64,000 bases of DNA from Lacunisphaera sp. (lineage in GTDB: Bacteria > Verrucomicrobiota > Verrucomicrobiia > Opitutales > Opitutaceae), in the NCBI GenBank assembly GCA_035496355.1, contig DATJES010000038.1, positions 4,337 through 68,336 on the forward strand, read 5' to 3'. Within the stretch, counting starts at the first letter, position 1; every line of letters starts with the position of its first letter. Below, piece by piece: positions 1 to 10,730 of the stretch. The translations under genes and the position numbers were made by a program. A model generated the notes under the pieces. It saw only the letters and a list, made by a program, of their open reading frames with translations. It was not told the origin of the DNA and ran no database searches.

Positions 1-179
1 ATCGTCGCCACGAGGCGGGCGTGATTGGCCTCGTCCCAGAAGGCGGCGAAAGCGACGGCGCGGGAATCGTAGGTGCCGACGCGCTCGGCGGCGCGGGCGG
101 ACCGGGTGACGACGACGACCAGGATCGCGACCAGGAGGGCGAGCGCGATCGTGCGGGGGAGTTGGGCGGGGAGGTTCAT
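1..179 (-). CDS. partial CDS (first 59 codons; continues past the left edge), hypothetical secreted or membrane-anchored protein
   Basis: Minus-strand ATG at 177-179 opens MNLPAQLPRTIALALLVAILVVVVTRSARAAERVGTYDSRAVAFAAFWDE..., a signal/anchor-like N-terminus. The frame stays open to position 1. It is absent from the ORF track because there is no stop in the window. Confidence 0.4.
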   Translation of the reverse strand, partial: MNLPAQLPRTIALALLVAILVVVVTRSARAAERVGTYDSRAVAFAAFWDEANHARLVAT

Positions 180-447
180 CGAGGCGGGGGGTTGGGGAGC
201 GGCTCCGACCGGTCTGGTTCAGGACGAAACGCGGGGCTGGTCCGGTGGTTCCGAGGCGTTCGCCTCCGGCTCGGTGGCGACCAGGACGGTGAGCAGGAAG
301 AGTACGACACTCGCGGAGATCATGGCGCCGATGATACCGGAGGATGCGCCCCGGCGGTTAATCGATAAAAATGCGCCGGCCCATTGAGCACGTTGATGGC
401 CGTCTGCGCGGTCGGCGGAACGGCGGAACGGCGGGCCGCGGCCGCGC

Positions 448-882
448 TCAGTGCGCAGCGAGGAACAGGGCTTTTTCGAGGGCCGCGAAGAAGTCCTGGT
501 AGGGACCGGGCTCCTCGATCGCCACGGCGGCCGCGGTGGGCTTCGATTTGCTCTGCGCATTGGCCCGCACCATGAATTGGCCGCGGCCTTGCGCCTGCAG
601 CGCCACGGTCATGCGCACCTCGTACCCGGCGAGTTTGGTGCCGGTGACGGTGCCGAGCAGGGCATCGGCCTTGTCGATGACGAAGCCGAGGTCCTGCATC
701 GTGCTGATGACCACCCGGAGGAACTGCTCCCGGTCGGTGCCGGGAAGCAGGCGCGACTGATAGCTGCGCAACTCGACCTGGCTGCCGGTGTCAAAGACGG
801 CCACGCCGGGAGCGGTGCCGCAGCCCGCCAACCCGGCCAGCAACGAGGCGATCGCCAGCGGAAAGAAGTGCGGGCGCTTCAT
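448..882 (-). CDS. lipoprotein, unknown function (paralog of 879..1460)
   Basis: 144 aa. MKRPHFFPLAIASLLAGLAGC has a lipobox. The ATG overlaps the upstream stop (ATGA at 879-882). MQDLGFVIDKADALLGTVTGTK parallels LQDLGFTVEGSESRLGVITGSR in the upstream gene. Confidence 0.7.
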   Translation of the reverse strand: MKRPHFFPLAIASLLAGLAGCGTAPGVAVFDTGSQVELRSYQSRLLPGTDREQFLRVVISTMQDLGFVIDKADALLGTVTGTKLAGYEVRMTVALQAQGRGQFMVRANAQSKSKPTAAAVAIEEPGPYQDFFAALEKALFLAAH

Positions 883-1460
883 GATTTCTCCTCCAGGAAT
901 ACGCTGAGGGAAAGCCGCTTGAAGAACTCCGCATAAAACTGCGGATCATCGAGCGTCTCGAAGGACTTGGCCGTCGTGAGCTGCTCGTTCTGGAAGACGA
1001 CCCGCTGCGCGGTCACCCGGACCAGGCACGCGGACGTGGACGCGCTGGTGTCGGGACGGGTGACAACGGAAAGCCGCACGATCTGCGGCTCCTTGACGCC
1101 GCGGATGGCGCCATAGGCGGCGAAGGGGGCCAGATAGGGAACGCAGGCGGTCCAGGCGAGTCGCGAAAGGACCTCAGTGGAATGCAGCGGGCGCCAGGAC
1201 GTGAGTTTTCTCGATCCGGTAATCACCCCCAGCCGGCTTTCACTGCCCTCGACCGTGAAACCAAGATCCTGCAGCACCCCCAGGCTGGCGGACAGCAGGC
1301 GCGATTCGGAAACGCCGGCGTAACGCTGCGTCTGCAAGTCGCGATGCTCCGTGGTCGCGGGCGAAAGCTTCAGCGCCCCGGCGGGCACGCCCCCGCAGCC
1401 GGCGAGCAACACCGGGAGGGCGAGCCAGAGCGGCGACCGGCAATAAAGTGACGCGCGCAA
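879..1460 (-). CDS. lipoprotein, unknown function
   Basis: 193 aa with a signal peptide and lipobox (LPVLLAGCGG). It shares the central motif and a C-terminal FxxFFxxL motif with 448..882. Confidence 0.7.
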   Translation of the reverse strand: MRASLYCRSPLWLALPVLLAGCGGVPAGALKLSPATTEHRDLQTQRYAGVSESRLLSASLGVLQDLGFTVEGSESRLGVITGSRKLTSWRPLHSTEVLSRLAWTACVPYLAPFAAYGAIRGVKEPQIVRLSVVTRPDTSASTSACLVRVTAQRVVFQNEQLTTAKSFETLDDPQFYAEFFKRLSLSVFLEEKS

Positions 1461-1475
1461 GCGATCAGGCCGCGT

Positions 1476-1937
1476 TCAGAATTCCGACGCGTGGTAGGCG
1501 AAGTCGCGGACCTTCTTCTGCTCGTCGAAGCGAATGATCACCGTCAGCGTCCGCTGCGTGCGTGACACCGCGCCGGCGGATTGGGAGACCCCGCCGGTGC
1601 CGCCGCCGACCAGCGAGCCGCCGCTGCCGAACAGCAGCGGGGAAAAGGTGAAGCCGCTTGACGAATGGACCACTTCCGTGGCGATGCGATCATAAGTCCA
1701 GACCTCGCGACGCTCCTCGTCGGTCGTCACAATGTTCGGTGCGCCCAAGGCGGCGATCACCTCGGCGCCCGTCATCCCGAGATGGATTTCCTTTTGCACG
1801 GTGCCGACGGTGAGCCGGTCGGCGATGTCGCCGCGCGCCGCCTCGCGGTGCTGGGGTGCGGACATGCAGCCGCCGAGCGCGAGGGCGGCGGCGACCAAAC
1901 TGAGCGTCGGGCAAGGGGAGCGGAGGAGTGGTTTCAT
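1476..1937 (-). CDS. BamE/SmpA-OmlA-like lipoprotein
   Basis: Only the 3' 462 nt of track ORF 1476..2993 look coding. MKPLLRSPCPTLSLVAAALALGGC has a lipobox. LTVGTVQKEIHLGMTGAEVIAALGAPN resembles the SmpA/OmlA signature. A Gly-rich linker follows. Confidence 0.6.
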   Translation of the reverse strand: MKPLLRSPCPTLSLVAAALALGGCMSAPQHREAARGDIADRLTVGTVQKEIHLGMTGAEVIAALGAPNIVTTDEERREVWTYDRIATEVVHSSSGFTFSPLLFGSGGSLVGGGTGGVSQSAGAVSRTQRTLTVIIRFDEQKKVRDFAYHASEF

Positions 1938-2117
1938 GGGGAGGTGTGCCGTCGAGGCCGGGGTGGAGAACGCATTGCAGGATATCGCAACCGCGCCGGC
2001 CCCGTTAATCGATAATGCCAATGGGACCCATTGAGCGGAATGATGGCCGGATCCGCCGCGCCGGCGGACCCCGGAAGGGAATTGCGTCGACCGGACGGGC
2101 CGGCTGTGATCGGGCGC

Positions 2118-3023
2118 ATGAACGTCCATCACCTGGAGCTGTTCTTCTACGTGGCGCGACACGGCGGCATCAGCCGCGCGGTGCGCAACATGCCGTACGG
2201 GATCCAGCAGCCGGCGGTGAGCAGCCAGATCCGCCTGCTCGAACAGGACCTCGGGGTGAAGCTGTTCGAGCGGAGTCCGTTCAAGCTGACCCCGGCGGGG
2301 ACGGAATTGGACAACTTTGTCCGTCCATTCTTTGAGAACCTGGATGCCATGGCGCTGCGCCTCCGCACCCAAGGGGTCGAGCAACTGCGCATTGGCGCCT
2401 CGGAACTGGTGCTGCGCGATCACCTGCCGGCGGTCATCCAGCGGATGAAACAGAATCATCCGGACCTGCGATTTGCGCTGCGTTCGGGCTTCCAGCCGGA
2501 GCTGGAATCCTGGTTGCATGCCCGCGAGATCGACCTGGCGATCATCCCGCTGCGCGGCCGGGTGCCACCCGGCGTGCGGGGTTTGCGGCTCCTGCGCCTG
2601 CCCCTCGTCTTGCTCGTGCCGAAGCAGGCGAAGGTCAAGTCCGCCGCGGAGTTGCTGGCGCAGAAACGCCCGGTCGAGCACCTGATCTGCCTGCCGCCGA
2701 CGGAAATCATCTGCCAGGTGTTCCAGGCGGGCTTGAAGAAGCGCAACGTGACCTGGCCGCTGGCGGTCGAGGCCAGTTCGATGGAACTCATCACCCAATA
2801 CGTGGCCAATGGCGACGGCGTGGGCGTAAACATCGCGATTCCGTCCGTGGTGCGACACCGGCAGGTGCGTGCCCTGCCGCTGGAAGGCTTCGGCAGCGTT
2901 GAGCTGGCGGCGCTGTGGCACGGCGAACCATCGCCACTGCTCCACGCCGTCCTCCGGGAGATGCTGGACTATGTGACCCGGCAATGGCCGCAATGGGCCA
3001 GCGGCGACAAGCTACCCGGGTGA
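2118..3023 (+). CDS. LysR-family transcriptional regulator
   Basis: Canonical LysR wHTH: HHLELFFYVARHGGISRAVRNMPYGIQQPAVSSQIRLLEQDLGVKLFER. Start trimmed to ATG 2118 (in frame with track ORF 2031). Divergent from the lipoprotein operon. Confidence 0.85.
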   Translation: MNVHHLELFFYVARHGGISRAVRNMPYGIQQPAVSSQIRLLEQDLGVKLFERSPFKLTPAGTELDNFVRPFFENLDAMALRLRTQGVEQLRIGASELVLRDHLPAVIQRMKQNHPDLRFALRSGFQPELESWLHAREIDLAIIPLRGRVPPGVRGLRLLRLPLVLLVPKQAKVKSAAELLAQKRPVEHLICLPPTEIICQVFQAGLKKRNVTWPLAVEASSMELITQYVANGDGVGVNIAIPSVVRHRQVRALPLEGFGSVELAALWHGEPSPLLHAVLREMLDYVTRQWPQWASGDKLPG

Positions 3024-3167
3024 GGCCTGTTGGGCCGGGCGCCGAACCCCGCCGCTCTTCGAGCGGAGAAGCATGAGGCGGGGTCCGGAGACCCCGCCAG
3101 ACAACGCAATTGCGGGCTCCCACCTTCGGACAAAGACGCGCCTCCGCACTTGCCACGGCGGCACGAA

Positions 3168-3935
3168 ATGCAGAATGCCCGCATGTCCCCGCGCCTGTCC
3201 CTCGCCCTTGCTTTTGTTGCCGGCGTGATGAATCTCGGCGCCGTCGCCGCGGTGAAGCCCGAAAACATGCAGCTCTTTCTCCTCATCGGCCAGTCGAACA
3301 TGGCCGGGCGCGGGCACGTCGGTCCCGACGACCAGGTGCCGCATCCGCGCGTATTCATGCTCACGAAAGAACTGGCCTGGGTGCCGGCGGTCGACCCGAT
3401 CCATTTCGACAAGCCGGAGCGCATTGGCGCGGGACTGGCTAAGACCTTTGGGGCGGTCATCGCCGACGCCGACCCGGGCGCGGTAATCGGGTTGATCCCC
3501 GCCGCCTTCGGGGGCAGCGCGCTCGACGAATGGGCGCCGGGCCAGCCGCACTATGTCAACGCCATCGCCCGCGCGAAGGAGGCGATGAAGCACGGGCGGC
3601 TCGCCGGCATCCTGTGGCACCAGGGCGAATCCGACAGCGCGCCCGAGAAGGCCGCGACGTACGCGGCGCGGTTTGCGAAGATGATCGCCCAGCTCCGCGC
3701 CGACCTCGGGGCGGAGAACGTGCCGGTGATCGTCGGCGAGACCGGGCGGTTCCGGCCGGACGGCGCGGCGATCAATGCCGTGCTGGCCACGCTGCCGACC
3801 CGCGTGCCCAAGTGCGCGTTCGTGTCGGCCGAAGGCCTGGGCGACCTGGGCGACCACCTGCATTTCGACACGCCGGCCCTGCACGAATTCGGCCGCCGCT
3901 ACGCGAAGGCCTGGCTGGGACTGAAGGACCGGTGA
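3168..3935 (+). CDS. sialate O-acetylesterase-like (SASA/DUF303) SGNH-type esterase, secreted
   Basis: Signal peptide followed by LLIGQSNMAGRG and ILWHQGESD motifs, typical of the SASA/DUF303 family. Start trimmed to ATG 3168; ATG 3183 is also possible. Confidence 0.75.
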   Translation: MQNARMSPRLSLALAFVAGVMNLGAVAAVKPENMQLFLLIGQSNMAGRGHVGPDDQVPHPRVFMLTKELAWVPAVDPIHFDKPERIGAGLAKTFGAVIADADPGAVIGLIPAAFGGSALDEWAPGQPHYVNAIARAKEAMKHGRLAGILWHQGESDSAPEKAATYAARFAKMIAQLRADLGAENVPVIVGETGRFRPDGAAINAVLATLPTRVPKCAFVSAEGLGDLGDHLHFDTPALHEFGRRYAKAWLGLKDR

Positions 3936-4084
3936 GGCGGGGCGAAGCGGCGAAGGGTGCCCGTTTCAGGTGGGCGGCGCGCCGGTCAAAACTTCGCGTT
4001 GCGCATCCACCGTCCGAGGAACAGCGTAAGGTGTCTTGAACGCGCGGCGGCTGGCCGCCGGCACCCTGATACTCCGACCCTGCC

Positions 4085-5311
4085 ATGAAGATGCCCCCTT
4101 GCTTTCCCCTCTCCGGAATCATCTGCCTCCTGGTTGTTGCCACGCCCGCGGTGGGCACGGAACCTGCCGGCGGCGGCGCCCCGGCGGGACCCGGCCAGGT
4201 GCTCTTCATGGGCACCGACCTCATGTTGCAGTACGAGAAGAAGCTCTACCGGGTCGATGACGTCGAGGGCAGCGCTTTCCGGATCAAGGTCGACGGCAAG
4301 GACGTCTATGTGCCGACCCAGCGCCGTGCGATCAGCCTCCATGTGGACGCCGACCTCAAGCTGGCGGGCTTATCCGTGCAGCTGGACGAACTGGACGCCC
4401 GGGAAGGCTACACCTACGGCAACAATCCCCTGCGGAAGCTCGAGGAAGCCAACCGGAACCAGATGGTGACTCAAGATATGCAGGACACAGCCAAGGCCGG
4501 CATCGAGCACTCGGAAGCCAACTTGATTGCGATCAAGGAAATGACCTCGCACTACACCGATCGAGCCCGGGCGGAGGCCGAGGTCGCCACCGCCGAGGCG
4601 CAGGTCCGGGACAGCTATCATTTCTCGGACTATTCCACGATTTCCGCCGGATCCGACTCGAGCAGCATCGCGGTGGGCGCGCAGCGGATGGCTGAGGCGA
4701 AAGGCAAGTACGATGCGATGGAAGTCTCGTTCAAGGTTTCATCCCCGGTCGAGCTCAAGCAGCCTTACATGGTGATCCTCTACCGGTTTCACGACCCGGC
4801 GGCGAAGCCGGGCGAGAACGGCCTGGCGATCCATGCGCAGGCGCTCGACCCCATCGATGCCAAGCCGCGCTATGTCCATGTGCTGCGCGGCGGCCTGCCG
4901 GTGGGTTTCAAGTACGTGGACAGCGAGGTCCACATCTACAATCGCGGCCGGGAAGTGGCCACCAACCTGTCGGGCAAGCGGGTCGAGCTCACGCGCGCCG
5001 AAGCGCAGCAATACCTGGTGATGAACCACGTCGGCGCGCACAAGGGCGCCACGCTGCCGCCGGCCGCTGTGGCCGGCACGTTGTCGCTCACCCGGCGCGA
5101 GAGCCTGACGCCCGCCCAGCTGACCCGGACGGTCTACGTGAAGGTCGGCCAGGACGGCACCTTGCTCGGCGCTTTCCAGGACCGGGACTGCCAGTCGCCC
5201 GTCGAGGACGCGGGACTGAAGGACGCGCTCGGTGAGGTGTTCTTCGCGCCCGCGCTCGAGGCTGGCAAACCCGTCGAGGGCGTCGCGCGGATGCGGCTGG
5301 CGGAGATTTGA
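4085..5311 (+). CDS. secreted hypothetical protein, tandem paralog 1
   Basis: 408 aa. Signal-like MKMPPCFPLSGIICLLVVATPAVG. Colinear with the next gene. The C-terminal end VFFAPALEAGKPVEGVARMRL faintly recalls a TonB-C-like end; this is a weak match. Confidence 0.75.
   Translation: MKMPPCFPLSGIICLLVVATPAVGTEPAGGGAPAGPGQVLFMGTDLMLQYEKKLYRVDDVEGSAFRIKVDGKDVYVPTQRRAISLHVDADLKLAGLSVQLDELDAREGYTYGNNPLRKLEEANRNQMVTQDMQDTAKAGIEHSEANLIAIKEMTSHYTDRARAEAEVATAEAQVRDSYHFSDYSTISAGSDSSSIAVGAQRMAEAKGKYDAMEVSFKVSSPVELKQPYMVILYRFHDPAAKPGENGLAIHAQALDPIDAKPRYVHVLRGGLPVGFKYVDSEVHIYNRGREVATNLSGKRVELTRAEAQQYLVMNHVGAHKGATLPPAAVAGTLSLTRRESLTPAQLTRTVYVKVGQDGTLLGAFQDRDCQSPVEDAGLKDALGEVFFAPALEAGKPVEGVARMRLAEI
4700..5311 (+). 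repeat. near-identical 3' gene segment, copy 1 of 2 (offset 1301 nt)
   Basis: Manual alignment of 4769-5311 with 6070-6612 gives about 20 mismatches over about 540 nt, with only 2 in the first about 270 nt. The spurious track ORFs 4833..5021 and 6134..6322 translate almost identically. Confidence 0.9.
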
Positions 5312-5319
5312 CCACAGCC

Positions 5320-6612
5320 ATGTCCCTCCAGCCGGCAGCGAACGGAGCCTGGGTTGCGGCCGCCGCTCGCGGGTTGCGGGCGAAGTGCTCACCTGTCGCC
5401 CGCCGGCTGCTGCTGCTGGCCGCGGTCCATCCTGGGCTGGCCGCCATGGCGGGTGGCGCCGATGGCGCGCCCGCGGTGCCCGGCCAGGTGCTCTTCATGG
5501 GCACCGACCTGATGTTGCAATACGAGAAGAAGCTCTACCGCGTGGAGGACGTCGAGGGCAGCGCGTTCCGCATCAAGATCGACGGGAAGGATGTCTATGT
5601 GCCGACGCAGCGGCGCACCATCGGTCTCCACGTTGACGCCGATCTCAAGCTGGCAGGTTTGTCCGTACAGCTGGATGAAATGAAGGCCGCCGAAGGCTAC
5701 ACCTATGGCAACAACCCCCTGCGGAAGCTGGAGGAGGCCAACCGAAACCAAATGGTGACCCAGGACCGGCAGGACTATGCCAACGCCGGCGTCGAGCATT
5801 CCGCTGCGAACCTGGTCGCCGTCCAGAAGAATGCCCAAATGGGAGGGTATGGCGACCCGAACGGGCCCCGGGCCCAGCAGGAGATCATGACCGCCCAGGC
5901 GCAGCTTCAGAACAGCCAGCACTATTCGGATTACTCGACCATCGCGGGGTCGTCGGATTCCAGCAACATCGGCTCGGGCGCCCTGCGGATGGCGGAGGCC
6001 AAGGGCAAATACGATGCGATGGAAGTCTCGTTCAAGGTCTCCTCCCCGGTCGAGCTGAAGCAGCCCTACATGGTGATCCTCTACCGGTTTCACGACCCGG
6101 CGGCGAAGCCGGGCGAGAACGGCCTGGCGATCCATGCGCAGGCGCTCGACCCCATCGATGCCAAGCCGCGCTATGTCCATGTGTTGCGCGGCGGCCTGCC
6201 GGTGGGTTTCAAGTACGTGGACAGCGAGGTCCACATCTACAATCGCGGCCGGGAAGTGGCCACCAACCTGTCGGGCAAGCGGGTCGAGCTCACGCGCGCC
6301 GAAGCGCAGCAGTACCTGGTGATGAACCACGTCGGCGCGCACAAGGGCGCCACGCTGCCGCCGGCTGCCGTGGCCGGCACATTGTCGCTCACCCGGCGCG
6401 AGAGCCTGACTCCCGCCCAGCTGACCCGAACGGTTTACGTGAAAGTCGGCCAGGACGGCACCTTGCTCGGTGCCTTCCAGGACCGGGACTGCCAGTCGCC
6501 CATTGAGGACGCAGGACTGAAGGCCGCGCTCGATGAGGTGTTCTTCGCGCCCGCGCTCGAGGCCGGCAAACCCGTCGAGGGCGTCGCGCGGATGCGGTTG
6601 GCAGAACTCTGA
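5320..6612 (+). CDS. secreted hypothetical protein, tandem paralog 2
   Basis: 430 aa from ATG 5320 (track start 5308 is TTG and overlaps the previous stop). It has the same N-terminal block GQVLFMGTDLMLQYEKKLYRV and a nearly identical C-terminal half. Confidence 0.75.
   Translation: MSLQPAANGAWVAAAARGLRAKCSPVARRLLLLAAVHPGLAAMAGGADGAPAVPGQVLFMGTDLMLQYEKKLYRVEDVEGSAFRIKIDGKDVYVPTQRRTIGLHVDADLKLAGLSVQLDEMKAAEGYTYGNNPLRKLEEANRNQMVTQDRQDYANAGVEHSAANLVAVQKNAQMGGYGDPNGPRAQQEIMTAQAQLQNSQHYSDYSTIAGSSDSSNIGSGALRMAEAKGKYDAMEVSFKVSSPVELKQPYMVILYRFHDPAAKPGENGLAIHAQALDPIDAKPRYVHVLRGGLPVGFKYVDSEVHIYNRGREVATNLSGKRVELTRAEAQQYLVMNHVGAHKGATLPPAAVAGTLSLTRRESLTPAQLTRTVYVKVGQDGTLLGAFQDRDCQSPIEDAGLKAALDEVFFAPALEAGKPVEGVARMRLAEL
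6001..6612 (+). repeat. near-identical 3' gene segment, copy 2 of 2
   Basis: See 4700..5311. Confidence 0.9.
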
Positions 6613-6745
6613 GACGGGTGGCCCGCTTGAACGCTCCAGCGTGGTTCGTAGCCGCGCTTGAGCCGCCGGCGAAAGCGTGGGCGGGAGAAGACACCACGCT
6701 GTCGCAATGCTCGAGCGCGGCTACGACTGATGTCGGCCAGCGCCT

Positions 6746-7231
6746 CTACCGCTTCTGCGGCGTGAAGACCTTGGGCTCGCCGTAGAGATCCGGGTTGGCG
6801 AGGTTGTCCCGGATCAGCTTTTGCGCGGCGGCGGCGTCCTTGGTGTCCTCGGGCACGATCTTGGTGCGGACACCTTTCACGCTCAGCTGCCGTCCATCCG
6901 CCGAGAGTTCCCAGGCATAGTACGCGTATTTGCCATGGAACTCGCCCGGCTGCAGGTCTTGCACGCTGACCAAGGCCGCGTCGCCAATGTCGGAGTGCGT
7001 GACCCGATAGAGGTCGCCGTCCATGGCGACCACGTACGCGTTCCCGTCGAGCTGCCGGACACTCATCTGCTCAAGTTTTTGATCATCCTTGTCGAAGGAC
7101 ACCCAGTTGCCGAGGAGGCGCGGATCGATCGCGCGGGTCGGTTTTTCCGTCAATGGGAAATCGTAATTGCAGCCGGCCAGCAGCAGGCCGCCGGCGAGGA
7201 GGAACCAGGACAGGGGAGCTTTCGTCTTCAT
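6746..7231 (-). CDS. lipoprotein, unknown function
   Basis: 161 aa. MKTKAPLSWFLLAGGLLLAGC has a lipobox. Composition is clean and non-repetitive. Confidence 0.7.
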   Translation of the reverse strand: MKTKAPLSWFLLAGGLLLAGCNYDFPLTEKPTRAIDPRLLGNWVSFDKDDQKLEQMSVRQLDGNAYVVAMDGDLYRVTHSDIGDAALVSVQDLQPGEFHGKYAYYAWELSADGRQLSVKGVRTKIVPEDTKDAAAAQKLIRDNLANPDLYGEPKVFTPQKR

Positions 7232-7373
7232 GGCGAAAGGAGTTTACCCGAAAACCGCGCGATCGGGCAGGAGAATGCGGCGAGAGCCGATTAAGAACAG
7301 CCCAACCGGCTCCAACGCAGCGGACGCGGCGAATAGCCTTTCTTCCGCGAGGAATCGGGCGCAGGGTCGCGCC

Positions 7374-7742
7374 ATGAAGACGCTTCGGCTGGTCCTGCTT
7401 GCCTTGCTCCTCGCGGGCGGGGCGCAAGCGGCGGATCGAACCTTCACGGGCTCGGCGTCGGCCCCCCGGAAGGGCGACGAGCCCTGGCATTATTTCCTGG
7501 TTCTGCACGACAACACGCATGCGTTTTTTCGCACGATCCGGACTGCCCGCAGCAGCATGATCGAGACCGGGACCTGGTCGATCAACGAGTCCGGACATAT
7601 CGCGCTGCAGTTCCTTGATCGCTCCGGTCGGCCGCGCGGGGAGCCGCTGGTCTGGAAACTGGTGGATGGCGTGCTGACGCCCGTAAGCTGGGACAAGGCC
7701 GAGTGGGGCGACAACCGCCCGCCGACGTTGCGCCGCGGCTAG
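7374..7742 (+). CDS. small secreted hypothetical protein
   Basis: Start trimmed to ATG 7374: MKTLRLVLLALLLAGGAQAAD signal peptide, 122 aa. Confidence 0.55.
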   Translation: MKTLRLVLLALLLAGGAQAADRTFTGSASAPRKGDEPWHYFLVLHDNTHAFFRTIRTARSSMIETGTWSINESGHIALQFLDRSGRPRGEPLVWKLVDGVLTPVSWDKAEWGDNRPPTLRRG

Positions 7743-7857
7743 GGGGGCACGCTGCGGGCTCAGGGGTACGCGGCCGCGTTGAGCGGACCGGTCGCGGGCC
7801 GTTCCTTGGCCACCGGTTCAAGCCCAGCGCCAGCCGCAGCGGGCAATGACCGGCGGG

Positions 7858-7889
7858 AAACAAAAAGGCCGCGGCAGTAAGCCGCGGCC
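7858..7889 (-). terminator. rho-independent terminator downstream of hppA
   Basis: The minus strand reads GGCCGCGGC-TTACT-GCCGCGGCC followed by TTTTTGTTT, about 24 nt after the hppA stop. Confidence 0.8.
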
Positions 7890-7912
7890 CGGAGTGAATC
7901 AGTCGTCGCCGA

Positions 7913-10390
<2,478 letters not shown>

Positions 10391-10697
10391 GCTAGGGGTG
10401 TGTAATGAAGTGACAAACCTGCCAAGCGCCGGAAAGCGAGGCCAGTTCAAACTGGATGGCCGCCCGGGGAAGCATTGACGTTTAGGCTGGTTAATCATGC
10501 CTATCAAAGTCCCGCTCCGCGCCCTGTGGTTGCGGAAAATCTCGCGACGGACAGCGTCTTGAGTCCGCCCGACCGGCGGCCCCCCCGCGCGGATGGAACC
10601 GAACCGTAGCCGCATTGGAGCGCCGCGCCAACGTGGTTGCGCCCGGGCCCGCGGCTCAAGCGTGGCTACGCCCCTCTTTGAGACTGCCGTGGCATCC

Positions 10698-10717
10698 GCG
10701 GGGTGAGGGCACCCCGC
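10698..10717 (-). terminator. GC hairpin after the pseudopilin operon (no U-tract)
   Basis: Perfect 8-bp stem GCGGGGTG/CACCCCGC with a 4-nt loop, 13 nt after the stop at 10731. No T-run follows, so terminator function is uncertain. Confidence 0.25.
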
Positions 10718-10730
10718 CCCCAAGCGGCGT

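Noticed and set aside
219-323. 34-codon minus-strand ORF MISASVVLFLLTVLVATEPEANASEPPDQPRVSS
   Set aside because: It has a plausible single TM helix, but it is very short and there is no further evidence. It cannot be supported without conservation or translation data.
1938-2993. The 5' two-thirds of track ORF 1476..2993 (505 aa)
   Set aside because: This part is antisense to the well-supported LysR gene and has shadow-ORF composition. Only the last 153 codons, starting at a signal peptide and lipobox, look like a real gene.
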